A stretch of 64,000 bases of DNA from Solirubrobacterales bacterium. GTDB lineage: Bacteria > Actinomycetota > Thermoleophilia > Solirubrobacterales > Solirubrobacteraceae. Within the stretch, counting starts at the first letter, position 1. The number at the start of each line of letters is the position of its first letter. The stretch lies in NCBI GenBank assembly GCA_038257095.1, contig JBBSJQ010000016.1, positions 30,417-94,416 on the forward strand, in the 5' to 3' direction. Below, piece after piece: positions 53,343 to 62,228 of this stretch. Below the pieces are notes generated by a model that ran no database searches, was not told where the DNA came from, and was given only the letters and a program-made list of their open reading frames with translations. Position numbers and translations under genes: made by a program.

Positions 53343-54667
53343 TTGGCCGCCTCCGGATCCTTCGAGGCGTCGAGTGTCTCAGGACCGAGGTGGCACTCGG
53401 GCAGGAACCATGGCTCGCCGAAGTTGTAACCGGCCGGCCGCGGGAACGCGTACTTCGCGCCGAAGGGGAAGAGCTTCAGGTACTGATCCGAGGAGATCGG
53501 GAGGGACGTCGCCGGCGGCCCGAACACTGCGGTGTTGGCGTGGAAGTACTTTTCCTGTTTGTCGCCGTTGCGGGCGTCCGCGGTCCAGTTGACCAAGAAC
53601 CCGGCGAGTTCCGGTGAGAAGGGTCGAATGCAGTTGAGCTGCGGCACGGCCTGGCTCCCGATGGACGCGAGCTGCGGCATGACATCGCGAGCCGTGTCGA
53701 GCAGCGGATCGAGATCCGGGATGGCGCCACGCAACGTCGTCAGGGTCCGGCGGGCGTCGGGGCCCACCGTCGTAAGGCTTGCGAGCGTGCGGTTGAGCGA
53801 CGGTGTGATCCGCCGCAACTCGCCGACCCCTGGCGACAGCCGCTTCAAGACGTCTTCGGTTCGCGTCAGGGTGCCGTCGGCGCGGTCGAGCGTCGTCCGC
53901 GCCCGGTCGAGGGTTCCGGGCATCTGCGACAGGACGCTCTGGAGCGCGACGGCGCGCTGGTTGATCGCGGTGAGCGTGGTCGCTGCGTTGCTGACGAGCT
54001 GGCCGACCCCGGGGTTGGACTCGCGGATCGAGTGGACGATGCCGTCGGTTGTGCGGAGCAGGACGTCGAGGCGGCCCGGGTCCGCGCCCAGCTCGCGCAT
54101 GACAGCGTCCGCCTCACGAAGAGCTGGACCAGCGTGATTCAGGGTGCGCCGGAACGGGACCTTGGCGTTGTCGATGGCGGGAGCCGAGACGTCGATCAGC
54201 TTGCGCAGGTCTTGGCGAACAGGTCCAGTGAACTCGTTGAAGACCTGGTCGATCTCGACGGTGGGCGTGACGTTCTTCGCCGCGAGCGACCCTCCGTCCG
54301 GGATCGTGGCCGCGCTGGCGCCGCCGGGCGGCGCGAGGTTCAGGTCGACGTAGCGATCGGTGAAAGCGATGGTGCTGGCCCAGCGGAAGCGAACGGTGGC
54401 GTTCTCGGGGACCGGCCACGCCTTGTCGTCGTCGATACTCAGGACGAGGTTCGCCCGCCCGTCCTTCGTTGGCTCGGCGCTCTTGATACTCCCGATTTTC
54501 TGGCCGGCGGCGCGGACGACGGACCCCTTCTCCAGGTGGTCGGCCCTGTCGACCGTCAGCCGGATGGTCCGGGCCTCGCCGTCGGAGCCGACGAAGACGA
54601 TGGCGACGACCACGACTGCCACGACGAGGGTGAGGACGGCCGCGAGCCGCCGGGCGCCGTAGGGCAT
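53339..54667 (-). CDS. mceA: MCE-family substrate-binding protein (first)
   Basis: TM LAAVLTLVVAVVVVAIVFV, VVRAAGQKIGSIKS. Confidence 0.9.
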   Translation of the reverse strand: MPYGARRLAAVLTLVVAVVVVAIVFVGSDGEARTIRLTVDRADHLEKGSVVRAAGQKIGSIKSAEPTKDGRANLVLSIDDDKAWPVPENATVRFRWASTIAFTDRYVDLNLAPPGGASAATIPDGGSLAAKNVTPTVEIDQVFNEFTGPVRQDLRKLIDVSAPAIDNAKVPFRRTLNHAGPALREADAVMRELGADPGRLDVLLRTTDGIVHSIRESNPGVGQLVSNAATTLTAINQRAVALQSVLSQMPGTLDRARTTLDRADGTLTRTEDVLKRLSPGVGELRRITPSLNRTLASLTTVGPDARRTLTTLRGAIPDLDPLLDTARDVMPQLASIGSQAVPQLNCIRPFSPELAGFLVNWTADARNGDKQEKYFHANTAVFGPPATSLPISSDQYLKLFPFGAKYAFPRPAGYNFGEPWFLPECHLGPETLDASKDPEAAK

Positions 54668-54668
54668 C

Positions 54669-55520
54669 TCAGCCGCCGATCGGAAGGCCGAGGTTGGTGC
54701 CGTAGACCGCGAAGCAGGCGATGCCGATGATGATGTGCATCATCACCAGGCTCACGACCAGCGAGCGGGCGACCACTGTCCCGACGCCGGCCGGTCCGCC
54801 GCCCGCGCGCAGCCCGTAGAAGCACGCGACGAGGGTCATCGAGATCGAGTAGACCGCGATCAGGGCGACCGTGAAGAACTGGTCGAAGAGTCCCTGGTTG
54901 CCCCAGTTGTAGAGGAAGAAGGTGTCCGCCGAGACGGCGTGGAGGATCGGCACCGCGGTGACGTAGGCGCCCATCGTGTTCGCGAGCAACGCGATCGGCG
55001 CGATGATCGGCACGTAGAGGATGGTCGCTGCGAGCCGTGTTCCGACGACGTACTGCCGGACCGAGATGCCTTCCGACTCGTACGCGTCGAGCTCCTCGTT
55101 GATTTTCATCGCCCCGATCTCCGAAACGAGACCGCAGCCGACCTTGGCCGCGAAGGCGTAGCCGAAGAGGAAGATGGTCGAGGTGCGGGCGACGGCGACG
55201 CCTGGCACGAGGCCCAGGTAATCGGCGGCGCCGGCGGCCTTGAGGAAGTAGTAGCCGAAGTTCGTCTGGCTGATGCCGACGGCCGCGGTCATCACGGCGA
55301 TGAACATCGTGCTGCCGCGGACGAGGATCGCGAGCTGACGCAGGACCTCGGACGTGTAGATGGAGCTCTTGGGGAGCTCGCGCAGCATCGAGAAACTGAA
55401 CTTCGTCAGCTCGCCGAGCTCGGTCAGCGTCTCGCGAGGAGTGGGGGTGTCCTCAAGCGGCTTACGACGTGGCTCTTTGATGCGCGTCTTGCGCGTGGTT
55501 CCTGCCGCCCGGGTCGCCAT
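54669..55520 (-). CDS. yrbEB: YrbE/MlaE-family permease B
   Basis: Multi-TM, EIGAMKINEELDAYESEGIS permease signature. Confidence 0.9.
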   Translation of the reverse strand: MATRAAGTTRKTRIKEPRRKPLEDTPTPRETLTELGELTKFSFSMLRELPKSSIYTSEVLRQLAILVRGSTMFIAVMTAAVGISQTNFGYYFLKAAGAADYLGLVPGVAVARTSTIFLFGYAFAAKVGCGLVSEIGAMKINEELDAYESEGISVRQYVVGTRLAATILYVPIIAPIALLANTMGAYVTAVPILHAVSADTFFLYNWGNQGLFDQFFTVALIAVYSISMTLVACFYGLRAGGGPAGVGTVVARSLVVSLVMMHIIIGIACFAVYGTNLGLPIGG

Positions 55521-55523
55521 GGC

Positions 55524-56348
55524 TCAGCCTCGGAGGACGGTGACGTCGGGGAAGGTCGGGAGGAACGCTGCGTTCCAGAGGCCGTTCAGGATCCAAAGCC
55601 CGAGGAACGTGATCAGCACGGCTTCATTGACCGCGCGTCCTACGCCCTCGGCTCCGCCCTTAGCGGTGAGGCCCTTGGCGCAGCAAACGATGCCGACGAA
55701 CAGTCCGGTGATGGTGCAACGCAGGAGGAAGGAGATGACGTCGCCGGTGTTCGCGGTCGCGTGGGCGGCGGTCAGAAACCCTTGGTAGGTCGCGTTCGGC
55801 GCGAGCATCGGGCCGAGCGCGTACATGAGGGTCATCGCCTCGGCGGCCGCGATGACACCGAGGACCGGGGCCACGACCATCAGCGCAAGCACCCGGGGGA
55901 CGACGAGCGTGCGGACCTGGTCGACGCCGAGGACGGACATCGCGTCGAGTTCCTCGCGGATCTTGCGGGCGCCAAGGTCAGCCGTGACCGCGCTACCGAC
56001 AGCCCCGGCGAAGATCATGCCCGTGACCCAGTACGCAACCTCACGGAACCAGCCGATCGCCTGCCCCGCGCCGTTGCGGTCGATGGTGCCGAGCGCTCCG
56101 AGCAGGCCGACGATGATCGTCACGATGATGCCGACCGCGAAGAACGCGATCGAGATCATCAGCGGGAACGTGCAGCGGCGGATCGTCAGCTCGCACTGGT
56201 CGACGAAGTCGCGCCGCCACTTGAAGGGCGGAGTCGTAGCAGCCCTCACGGTCTGGACGAGCAGGGCGCCCATGAAGCCGGCGGACTCCAGGCGGCGGTA
56301 GCCCGGAACACGGGTCAGTCGACCCTCGACATTGTTGAAGACACCCAT
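55524..56348 (-). CDS. yrbEA: YrbE/MlaE-family permease A
   Basis: DLGARKIREELDAMSVLGVD. Trimmed to ATG 56348; the track ORF N-terminus is an artefact. Confidence 0.9.
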   Translation of the reverse strand: MGVFNNVEGRLTRVPGYRRLESAGFMGALLVQTVRAATTPPFKWRRDFVDQCELTIRRCTFPLMISIAFFAVGIIVTIIVGLLGALGTIDRNGAGQAIGWFREVAYWVTGMIFAGAVGSAVTADLGARKIREELDAMSVLGVDQVRTLVVPRVLALMVVAPVLGVIAAAEAMTLMYALGPMLAPNATYQGFLTAAHATANTGDVISFLLRCTITGLFVGIVCCAKGLTAKGGAEGVGRAVNEAVLITFLGLWILNGLWNAAFLPTFPDVTVLRG

Positions 56349-56359
56349 CGGCTTTAGAT

Positions 56360-57250
56360 CTACCTGGCGACCTTGGCGAGTGATAGACCCGACCGGGGGG
56401 TCTTGGATGACCCGTACGTCGTGAGGAAGAGCGTCGCCGCCTGGACCCGGTTGGTCACGCCGAGCTTCACGAGCAGGCTCGACACGTACCCCTTGACGGT
56501 CTCGGCGCTGAGGAAGAGCTGCTCGCCGATCTCGCGGTTGGAGCGTCCGTCCGCTAGCAGCTCGAGCACGGTCCACTCGCGATCGCTGAGCAGCGCGCGC
56601 CACTCGCGTTCGGCCGCAGGTGGCTCCTGGAAGAGCAACATCGCGGTCGCTTCGTCGTCCGTCCCTGCGCACAACGGTGCGTCGAAGGCCTCCTTCATCA
56701 TCGCCTCGGCGGAGGACGTCAGGAATCGCAGCTGCTGTGTGAGCCCATGCTGTCGATCACGACGCACAGCACGCTCGAGGGCGAGACCGGCCATGTGTCC
56801 GAAGAGCGCAACGATGTCGTTGTCGATCGCCCCCAGGGGGCGATCGAGGATCAGCACCGCAATGGTCTCTTCGGTCGGCTTCAACGGAATGAAGGTCGGA
56901 TCCTTCAACTCGAGCTCGGCGGAGAGCGTCGATCGCGCCCGAGCGCTCGCCGCGATCGAGCCTGCGCCGCCACGGCCGAGGAGCGCATCGATCGCGACGC
57001 GTGGACGGCGGGCGAGGACCCGACGACGGACGGCATCGCTCGGAGGATGCTCGAGCGGGTCGGCGGGCGACGCAACGAGATGGTCCCCGGAGATCGCGAA
57101 GGCCGCAGCGAGCTCGAAGCCGCAGATATCGCGGGCCTCGGTCCCGATCGCGGCGATCACCGCTCCCGCGCTCCCAGGATCGTCGAGACGCTCCTGAAGC
57201 TCGGGCAATGCCCGGACGACGTCCTTCAAGCTGCAGCTACATCCGGACAT
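56360..57250 (-). CDS. LuxR-family regulator: about 220-aa N-terminal sensor domain (possibly GAF-like) + C-terminal LuxR HTH
   Basis: LSDREWTVLELLADGRSNREIGEQLFLSAETVKGYVSSLLVKLGV. ATG 57250 behind AGGAGG. Stop is 11 nt before yrbEA. Confidence 0.8.
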   Translation of the reverse strand: MSGCSCSLKDVVRALPELQERLDDPGSAGAVIAAIGTEARDICGFELAAAFAISGDHLVASPADPLEHPPSDAVRRRVLARRPRVAIDALLGRGGAGSIAASARARSTLSAELELKDPTFIPLKPTEETIAVLILDRPLGAIDNDIVALFGHMAGLALERAVRRDRQHGLTQQLRFLTSSAEAMMKEAFDAPLCAGTDDEATAMLLFQEPPAAEREWRALLSDREWTVLELLADGRSNREIGEQLFLSAETVKGYVSSLLVKLGVTNRVQAATLFLTTYGSSKTPRSGLSLAKVAR

Positions 57251-57409
57251 CGGTGCCTCCTGCCGGGACGACGATTGCGAGATGCGAAAGCCCATTGGTA
57301 CTCCTCCCGTTTTGTGCCGCGACGTCCCCACGCCCGACGCACGACCCCGTGTGGCCGCTTCCTCTCGGGGTCGACTATACATGTGGTCGAGACATCGTGT
57401 ACGCATTTG

Positions 57410-57895
57410 ATGTACAGCGGCGCCGAAGCGCGGTACGGTCGGGATGTGGCGTCGCTTCCCGAAAGTGCCCGAACCCATCACCGCCGCCCCGCCCCGGCGA
57501 CCTTCGGCACCCGAAACGCTGTTCACGCAACCGTGACGCTCGAGGCGCTCACGACCGACAGGCTGACCGCTGCCGTTCGCTTCGGACGCGGCGCGCACGA
57601 CGTCGTTGATCTCGTACACGGGGGCGCGCTGGCCTCCGTCTTCGACGAAGCGTTTGCGCACCTCGCCGAGACAATGCTCGGCGAGCCTTGCCGCACGTCC
57701 CGTCTCTCGTACGACCTGTACACCGATGTTCCGACTTCCGCGATGTACACGCTCGAAGCGCGAGTGCTCTACGTGATGCGCCGGCGCGTGTCGGTCGAGG
57801 GATGCCTGCGCGACCAGGACGGCGAGAAGGTCGCCGGCGGCCACGGGCTCTTCTCGCGCCGCCGCCCGACACCCGTGGCGACGGAGAACCGGTAG
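57410..57895 (+). CDS. PaaI/hotdog-fold thioesterase, paralog of 42518-43075
   Basis: LVHGGALASVFDEAFAHL, RVSVEGCLRDQDGEKVAGG. The rest of the 382-aa track ORF is antisense to LuxR. Confidence 0.65.
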   Translation: MYSGAEARYGRDVASLPESARTHHRRPAPATFGTRNAVHATVTLEALTTDRLTAAVRFGRGAHDVVDLVHGGALASVFDEAFAHLAETMLGEPCRTSRLSYDLYTDVPTSAMYTLEARVLYVMRRRVSVEGCLRDQDGEKVAGGHGLFSRRRPTPVATENR

Positions 57896-57918
57896 CGGAT
57901 CCGGCTCGCGCGCGCCTA

Positions 57919-59121
57919 CTAGACCGACGTCGCAGAACGCCCCTGGACGGCGTGACGATCCATCCGTTTGAAACCGAGGGCGTCCTCCGCGAGCGCGACG
58001 CGCAGGACGTTCGCTGAGCCCTCCCCGGTGCGCCCGAGTAGCGCCAGGTTGAGGTAGCGGTTGATCGGATACTCGTCCGAGAAGCTGTAGGCACCGAAAA
58101 TCTCCACCACGGAGTTCGCTACGCGCAGCGCCACTTCGCCGAGGAAGTACTTAGCCATCGCGGCGGCCCGTGTGTCCGCGACCCCACGCGGATCGTCGAA
58201 CGAGGCCGCGGCGCGATAGAGGAGGAGCCGGCCGGCCTCGATCTCGGTGACCATGTCCGCGATGTTGTGCTGCAGCATCTGAAACTTCCCGATCGGGTGG
58301 CCGAACGCCTGACGCGACTTCGCGTACTCGATCCCATCGCGCCGCAGGACCTCTGCCACGGCCAGCGACTTCGTGCCGACCGCGAGCCGACCGTAGTCCA
58401 AGGCGTTCATCGCGATCTTGAAGCCGGAGCCCTCGTCACCGAGGAGCCGATCCGCAGGCAGGCGGACGTTCTCCAGCACGACCTCGCCTACCGGGATGAG
58501 AACTCCCCCGAGTGGCGTGATGCTGAGGGGGTTCACGCTCACCCCGGGATCCGTGTACTCGAGGATGAATGCGCTGACGCCCTGATGCCCGCTGGCGGTG
58601 TCCGTCTTCGCGAACACGACGCAGACGTCGGCAACCGGGGACATCGTGATCCAGAGCTTGGACCCGTTGAGGACCCACTCGTCCCCGTCCAGCTTCGCGG
58701 TCGTCCGCATGTTCCCGAGGACGTCCGATCCTCCGCCCGCCTCGGTGATGGCGATGCTGTTGATCGTGCGTCCGGCGATCAAGTCCGGCAGGTAGTCCGT
58801 CCGCTGCTGGGGCGACCCGAAGTTGAAGATCGCCATGGTCGCGGTCATGGCGTTCATGTTGAACGCGGTCACCAGGTCCGGCGAGCCCTTTCCGACCTCC
58901 TCCGCCGCGATGACCATGTTCAGGAAGCCGATGCTGCTCCCCCCGTACTCCTCGGGATAGACGGCGCCGAGCAGGCCCAGGTCGCCGAGCCGCTCGAAGA
59001 CATGGCGGGGGAAGTGCTTCTCACGCTCCCAGGTCGCGACGTGCGGCCGGAGCTCCTCACTGGCGAAGCGACGGGCGAGATCTCGTACCTGCGCGTTCTC
59101 GTCACTCAAGTTGAAATCCAT
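57919..59121 (-). CDS. Acyl-CoA dehydrogenase
   Basis: ITEAGGGSDV, QFGHPIGKFQ, GRTGEGSANV. Confidence 0.9.
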   Translation of the reverse strand: MDFNLSDENAQVRDLARRFASEELRPHVATWEREKHFPRHVFERLGDLGLLGAVYPEEYGGSSIGFLNMVIAAEEVGKGSPDLVTAFNMNAMTATMAIFNFGSPQQRTDYLPDLIAGRTINSIAITEAGGGSDVLGNMRTTAKLDGDEWVLNGSKLWITMSPVADVCVVFAKTDTASGHQGVSAFILEYTDPGVSVNPLSITPLGGVLIPVGEVVLENVRLPADRLLGDEGSGFKIAMNALDYGRLAVGTKSLAVAEVLRRDGIEYAKSRQAFGHPIGKFQMLQHNIADMVTEIEAGRLLLYRAAASFDDPRGVADTRAAAMAKYFLGEVALRVANSVVEIFGAYSFSDEYPINRYLNLALLGRTGEGSANVLRVALAEDALGFKRMDRHAVQGRSATSV

Positions 59122-59123
59122 GA

Positions 59124-59609
59124 TCAGGCCTCGTCCCCGACTCCCGGACGACAGCGGTACAGCAGCGAAGCCGTCATCTGCTGGACGACCTCCCCGCGCT
59201 GGTTGAGCATGCGGCGCTCGACCCTCACGACCCCCCGACCCGGCTTGCTCGTCAGACGCTTGTCCAGGACTTCGGACTCCATGTGCACGGTGTCCCCGTG
59301 CTTGACCGGCTTGAGCATCTTCCAGTCCGAGATGCCGAGAAGTGCGATCAAGGTCCCGTCGTTGACACCCGAGGCGTAGTTCAGGCCCGCGCAGAGTGCG
59401 TACACGAGCGGCCCGTGAGCGATGGGCTCCCCGAATGGCGTGTCCTTGCAGTACTCCCAGTTGGTGTGGACCTCGTTGAAGTCACCCGTGAGACAGGCGA
59501 AATTGACGATGTCGGTGCCGGTAATCGTCCGTGCCGGGGTCGAGAGGACCTCGCCGAGCGCGAGGTCCTCGTAGTAGCGCCCTCGGGGCGTCGGCGTCTT
59601 AACTTGCAT
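59124..59609 (-). CDS. MaoC-like (R)-specific enoyl-CoA hydratase (hotdog fold)
   Basis: FACLTGDFNEVHTNWEY hydratase motif. ATG 59609 abuts operator O9; the TTG 59627 extension (MLLSDI) is operator sequence. Confidence 0.85.
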   Translation of the reverse strand: MQVKTPTPRGRYYEDLALGEVLSTPARTITGTDIVNFACLTGDFNEVHTNWEYCKDTPFGEPIAHGPLVYALCAGLNYASGVNDGTLIALLGISDWKMLKPVKHGDTVHMESEVLDKRLTSKPGRGVVRVERRMLNQRGEVVQQMTASLLYRCRPGVGDEA

Positions 59610-59624
59610 AATGTCCGACAATAA
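59608..59624. promoter_or_regulatory. Operator candidate O9 ATAATGTCCGACAATAA
   Basis: In the 49-nt ALDH/MaoC gap. Minus strand reads TTGAGG-17 nt-TATTGT-8 nt-ATG. Confidence 0.65.
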
Positions 59625-59658
59625 CAATGCGGCCGGCGCCCCTCAACCTCTCGGCGCT

Positions 59659-61167
59659 TCAGCGGCTGTAGAACACCTTGACGAGCCGCGCCATCAGCTT
59701 CGAGCTCCACGGTTTGTACGGGTACATGTTGAGGTCGCGCTTGGGCACGAAGCGTGCGCTCATGATCGTCTGCGTCTTGCAGTACTTCCTGATACCGCCG
59801 GCTCCGTGGCGACTGCCGACCCCCGAGGACTTCCAGCCGCCCATGGGCGCTCCCATGGCGGCGTAGTTGAGCAGCGCGTCGTTGACGACCACGGCGCCCG
59901 CTTCGATCCGTCGGGCGATCTCCTCGCCCTTGCGAACGTCGCGCGTGAAGATCGAGGCCTGTAGCCCGTAGTTGGAGTCGTTCGCGAGGCGGATCGCCTC
60001 TTCGACGTCCGCGACCCGCATCACCGGGATCGTCGGCCCGAAGGTCTCGTCGCGCATGCACGTCATCTCGTGGGTCACCCCGGAGAGCACCGTAGGCTCG
60101 TAGAACCGCCCCGGTCCAGCACCCTTGCGTCCGCCGATCTCGACCTTCGCACCGCGGTCGACCGCGTCGCGGACATGGGCGTCGACGATGTCTATCTGCG
60201 GCTCGAAGGTCAGCGCCCCGACCTCGACGCTCCCCGGCCCGCCCGGTACGCCTTGGCGCACTCGGCGGACGTTGTCGACGAGCTTGCGGACGAACTCGTC
60301 GTGCACGGCAGACTCGACGTAGACGCGCTCGACGGAGATGCAGACTTGGCCGGAGTTGATGAGCCCGTAGTACGCGGCGGCGTTGGCCGCACGATCGAGA
60401 TCCGCATCCGCACACACGATCATCGGATCCTTGCCGCCGAGCTCGAGGCTGACCGGGGTCAGAGTGTCGGCGGCCCGCTTCATGACGGACCGCCCGGTCT
60501 TTGTCGACCCGGTGAACATGACGCAGTCGACGACATCGACAAGCGCGGCGCCCGTCTCGCCGTCGCCAGTGACGACCTCGAAGACCGCCGCCGGCGCACC
60601 TGCCGTCGACATCATCTCCGCTGTCAGCAACGCCGTCATCGGCGTCACCTCGGACGGCTTGAGCAGCACCGAGTTCCCGGCCATCAGGGCGGGGACGCAG
60701 TCGCAGAAGGCGTTGACGAGCGGATAGTTCCATGGGCCAATCACACCGACGAGCCCGACCGGCTCATGCCGGACGGACACCTTCTTGCCGACAGTGAAGG
60801 GAGAGAAGCCCTTGACCCGCTCGTCGCGCAGATAACCCTCGGCGTTGCGCGCCCAGAAGTGAAGACTTAGCGCGGCAATCGAGACCTCCATCTGCGCGTC
60901 GTCGTACGTCTTCCCGGTCTCGCTGCAGATTGTCGCGATCATCGTTGCATCGTTCGCGAGCAACCACCGGCGCGCACGGTCCATCACCTCTGCCCGGCCC
61001 GTGAAGCCGAGGTCCTGCCACTGACGCTGCGCGGCGCGCGAAGCGTCCGCGCGTCCGCGAACAGCAGCGGCACCCAGCACGGGGACGTTGCCAATAGTGA
61101 TTCCCCGTGCGGGATCCTCGACCGCGATGCTGCGCTCGTCGTCGACCGTTTTCAGGTCATGGGCCAT
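59659..61167 (-). CDS. NAD(P)-dependent aldehyde dehydrogenase
   Basis: GPWNYP, LELGGKDP, catalytic-Cys region INSGQVCISVERVYV. ATG 61167 behind AGGAGAGGAAG. The 780-aa track ORF upstream part is antisense to GntR. Confidence 0.9.
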   Translation of the reverse strand: MAHDLKTVDDERSIAVEDPARGITIGNVPVLGAAAVRGRADASRAAQRQWQDLGFTGRAEVMDRARRWLLANDATMIATICSETGKTYDDAQMEVSIAALSLHFWARNAEGYLRDERVKGFSPFTVGKKVSVRHEPVGLVGVIGPWNYPLVNAFCDCVPALMAGNSVLLKPSEVTPMTALLTAEMMSTAGAPAAVFEVVTGDGETGAALVDVVDCVMFTGSTKTGRSVMKRAADTLTPVSLELGGKDPMIVCADADLDRAANAAAYYGLINSGQVCISVERVYVESAVHDEFVRKLVDNVRRVRQGVPGGPGSVEVGALTFEPQIDIVDAHVRDAVDRGAKVEIGGRKGAGPGRFYEPTVLSGVTHEMTCMRDETFGPTIPVMRVADVEEAIRLANDSNYGLQASIFTRDVRKGEEIARRIEAGAVVVNDALLNYAAMGAPMGGWKSSGVGSRHGAGGIRKYCKTQTIMSARFVPKRDLNMYPYKPWSSKLMARLVKVFYSR

Positions 61168-61220
61168 TTCGACTTCCTCTCCTGGGTGCGGACGCCTCCC
61201 ACGACGCCGCACATCACGAT

Positions 61221-61237
61221 AAACTGTCCAACATTCT
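61221..61237. promoter_or_regulatory. Operator candidate O10 AAACTGTCCAACATTCT
   Basis: In the ALDH/GntR2 divergent region; weaker match (GACA to AACA). Confidence 0.45.
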
Positions 61238-61265
61238 ACTTCGTGGACGCTACTCGACAGACCGG

Positions 61266-61406
61266 TTCGCCGACCTCGGCCCCGACGCCGAGCAGACCGT
61301 GCTTCCCGGGGTGGGCCACGTGCCGATGTCGGACGGCCCGGACCTGGTCGCGAGCACCATCCTCGACCGGACGACGCGCATGTTCGGGTACGGGATCTCG
61401 CCGTGA
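61266..61406 (+). pseudogene. C-terminal remnant (about 46 codons) of an alpha/beta hydrolase gene
   Basis: FADLGPDAEQTVLPGVGHVPMSDGPDLVASTILDRT matches the catalytic-His end of alpha/beta hydrolases. No N-terminal body. Its stop forms a GTGA overlap with the GntR2 start. Confidence 0.45.
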
Positions 61407-62137
61407 CCGAGACGCCGGTCACCCGCCGGCTCGACGGCTCCCTCCCGCTGCAGCCCGTGCAGCGTCCGCGTGCGCAGGTCGAGGAGCGGCTCCGCAAGAG
61501 CATCCTCACCGGCCGGTTCGCGACGGGCGAACGCCTTCCGAGCGAGGCGCAACTCGCCTCGAGCTTCGCTGTCAGCCGCACCACGGTCCGCGAAGCGCTG
61601 AGGGCGCTGGCGTCCGGCGGGCTCATCCACAAGGTGAGCGGCAAGGGCGGGGGAAGCTTCGTCAGCCTGGTCGACCACCACGCCCTCGGCGTGACCATCC
61701 ACGACTCGATGTCGGCGATCCTCCAGCTCGGACGGATCCAGGCCGACGAGGTCGGCGCCGTCCGCAGGCTGCTCGAGGTTCCCGCAGCTGAGTCGGCTGC
61801 CGAGCGTCGCACGGACGACCACGTCCGGCGGCTGAGGTCCCTGATCGAGCAGCAACGCGGACTACGCCTCGACGCTCCGGAGATCTCCGAGCTCGACAGT
61901 GCGTTCCACACGACCATCGCCGAGGCATCTGGCAATCGGCTCCTCAGCTCGTTCATCTCCGGCCTCCACGGACTTGCACAGCCGGCGCTCCGCGATCTCA
62001 CCGAGACGACCGGCCGGGCGACCTTCCGTCAGCACGTCACCATTGTGCAGGCGATCGAGCGTGCCGACCGCCAGGCAGCGGGGGAGGCCATGCTCGCCCA
62101 TCTCGGCTACATCGAGCATGTGTCGCTTCAGCGGTGA
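61403..62137 (+). CDS. GntR family regulator, FadR subfamily (FCD domain), paralog 2
   Basis: LPSEAQLASSFAVSRTTVREALRALASGGLIHKVSGKGGGSFV, near-identical HTH to 37898-38605. Confidence 0.9.
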   Translation: MTETPVTRRLDGSLPLQPVQRPRAQVEERLRKSILTGRFATGERLPSEAQLASSFAVSRTTVREALRALASGGLIHKVSGKGGGSFVSLVDHHALGVTIHDSMSAILQLGRIQADEVGAVRRLLEVPAAESAAERRTDDHVRRLRSLIEQQRGLRLDAPEISELDSAFHTTIAEASGNRLLSSFISGLHGLAQPALRDLTETTGRATFRQHVTIVQAIERADRQAAGEAMLAHLGYIEHVSLQR

Positions 62138-62174
62138 ACGCCCTACCGTACGGCGGCCCCGCGACACGGTATGC

Positions 62175-62191
62175 ATACTGTCGGACAGTTA
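62175..62191. promoter_or_regulatory. Operator candidate O11 ATACTGTCGGACAGTTA
   Basis: Between the GntR2 stop and SDR start. Confidence 0.6.
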
Positions 62192-62228
62192 GGTGTCCGG
62201 CCCGATCGAGATTTCCGGAAGGAACGCG

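Noticed and set aside
57375-57417. Possible third copy of the 29-nt element in the LuxR/thioesterase divergent region
   Set aside because: Only about 18 of 29 positions match, and in inverted orientation. It shares TGTACATC and ACATCGTGT but could be chance. Mentioned under the finding rather than called as a feature.
59659-62001. 780-aa minus-strand ORF
   Set aside because: Only the C-terminal 502 aa (from ATG 61167, good SD) read as aldehyde dehydrogenase. The upstream part is low-complexity Arg/Ser/Pro sequence antisense to GntR2, a typical open antisense frame in GC-rich DNA.
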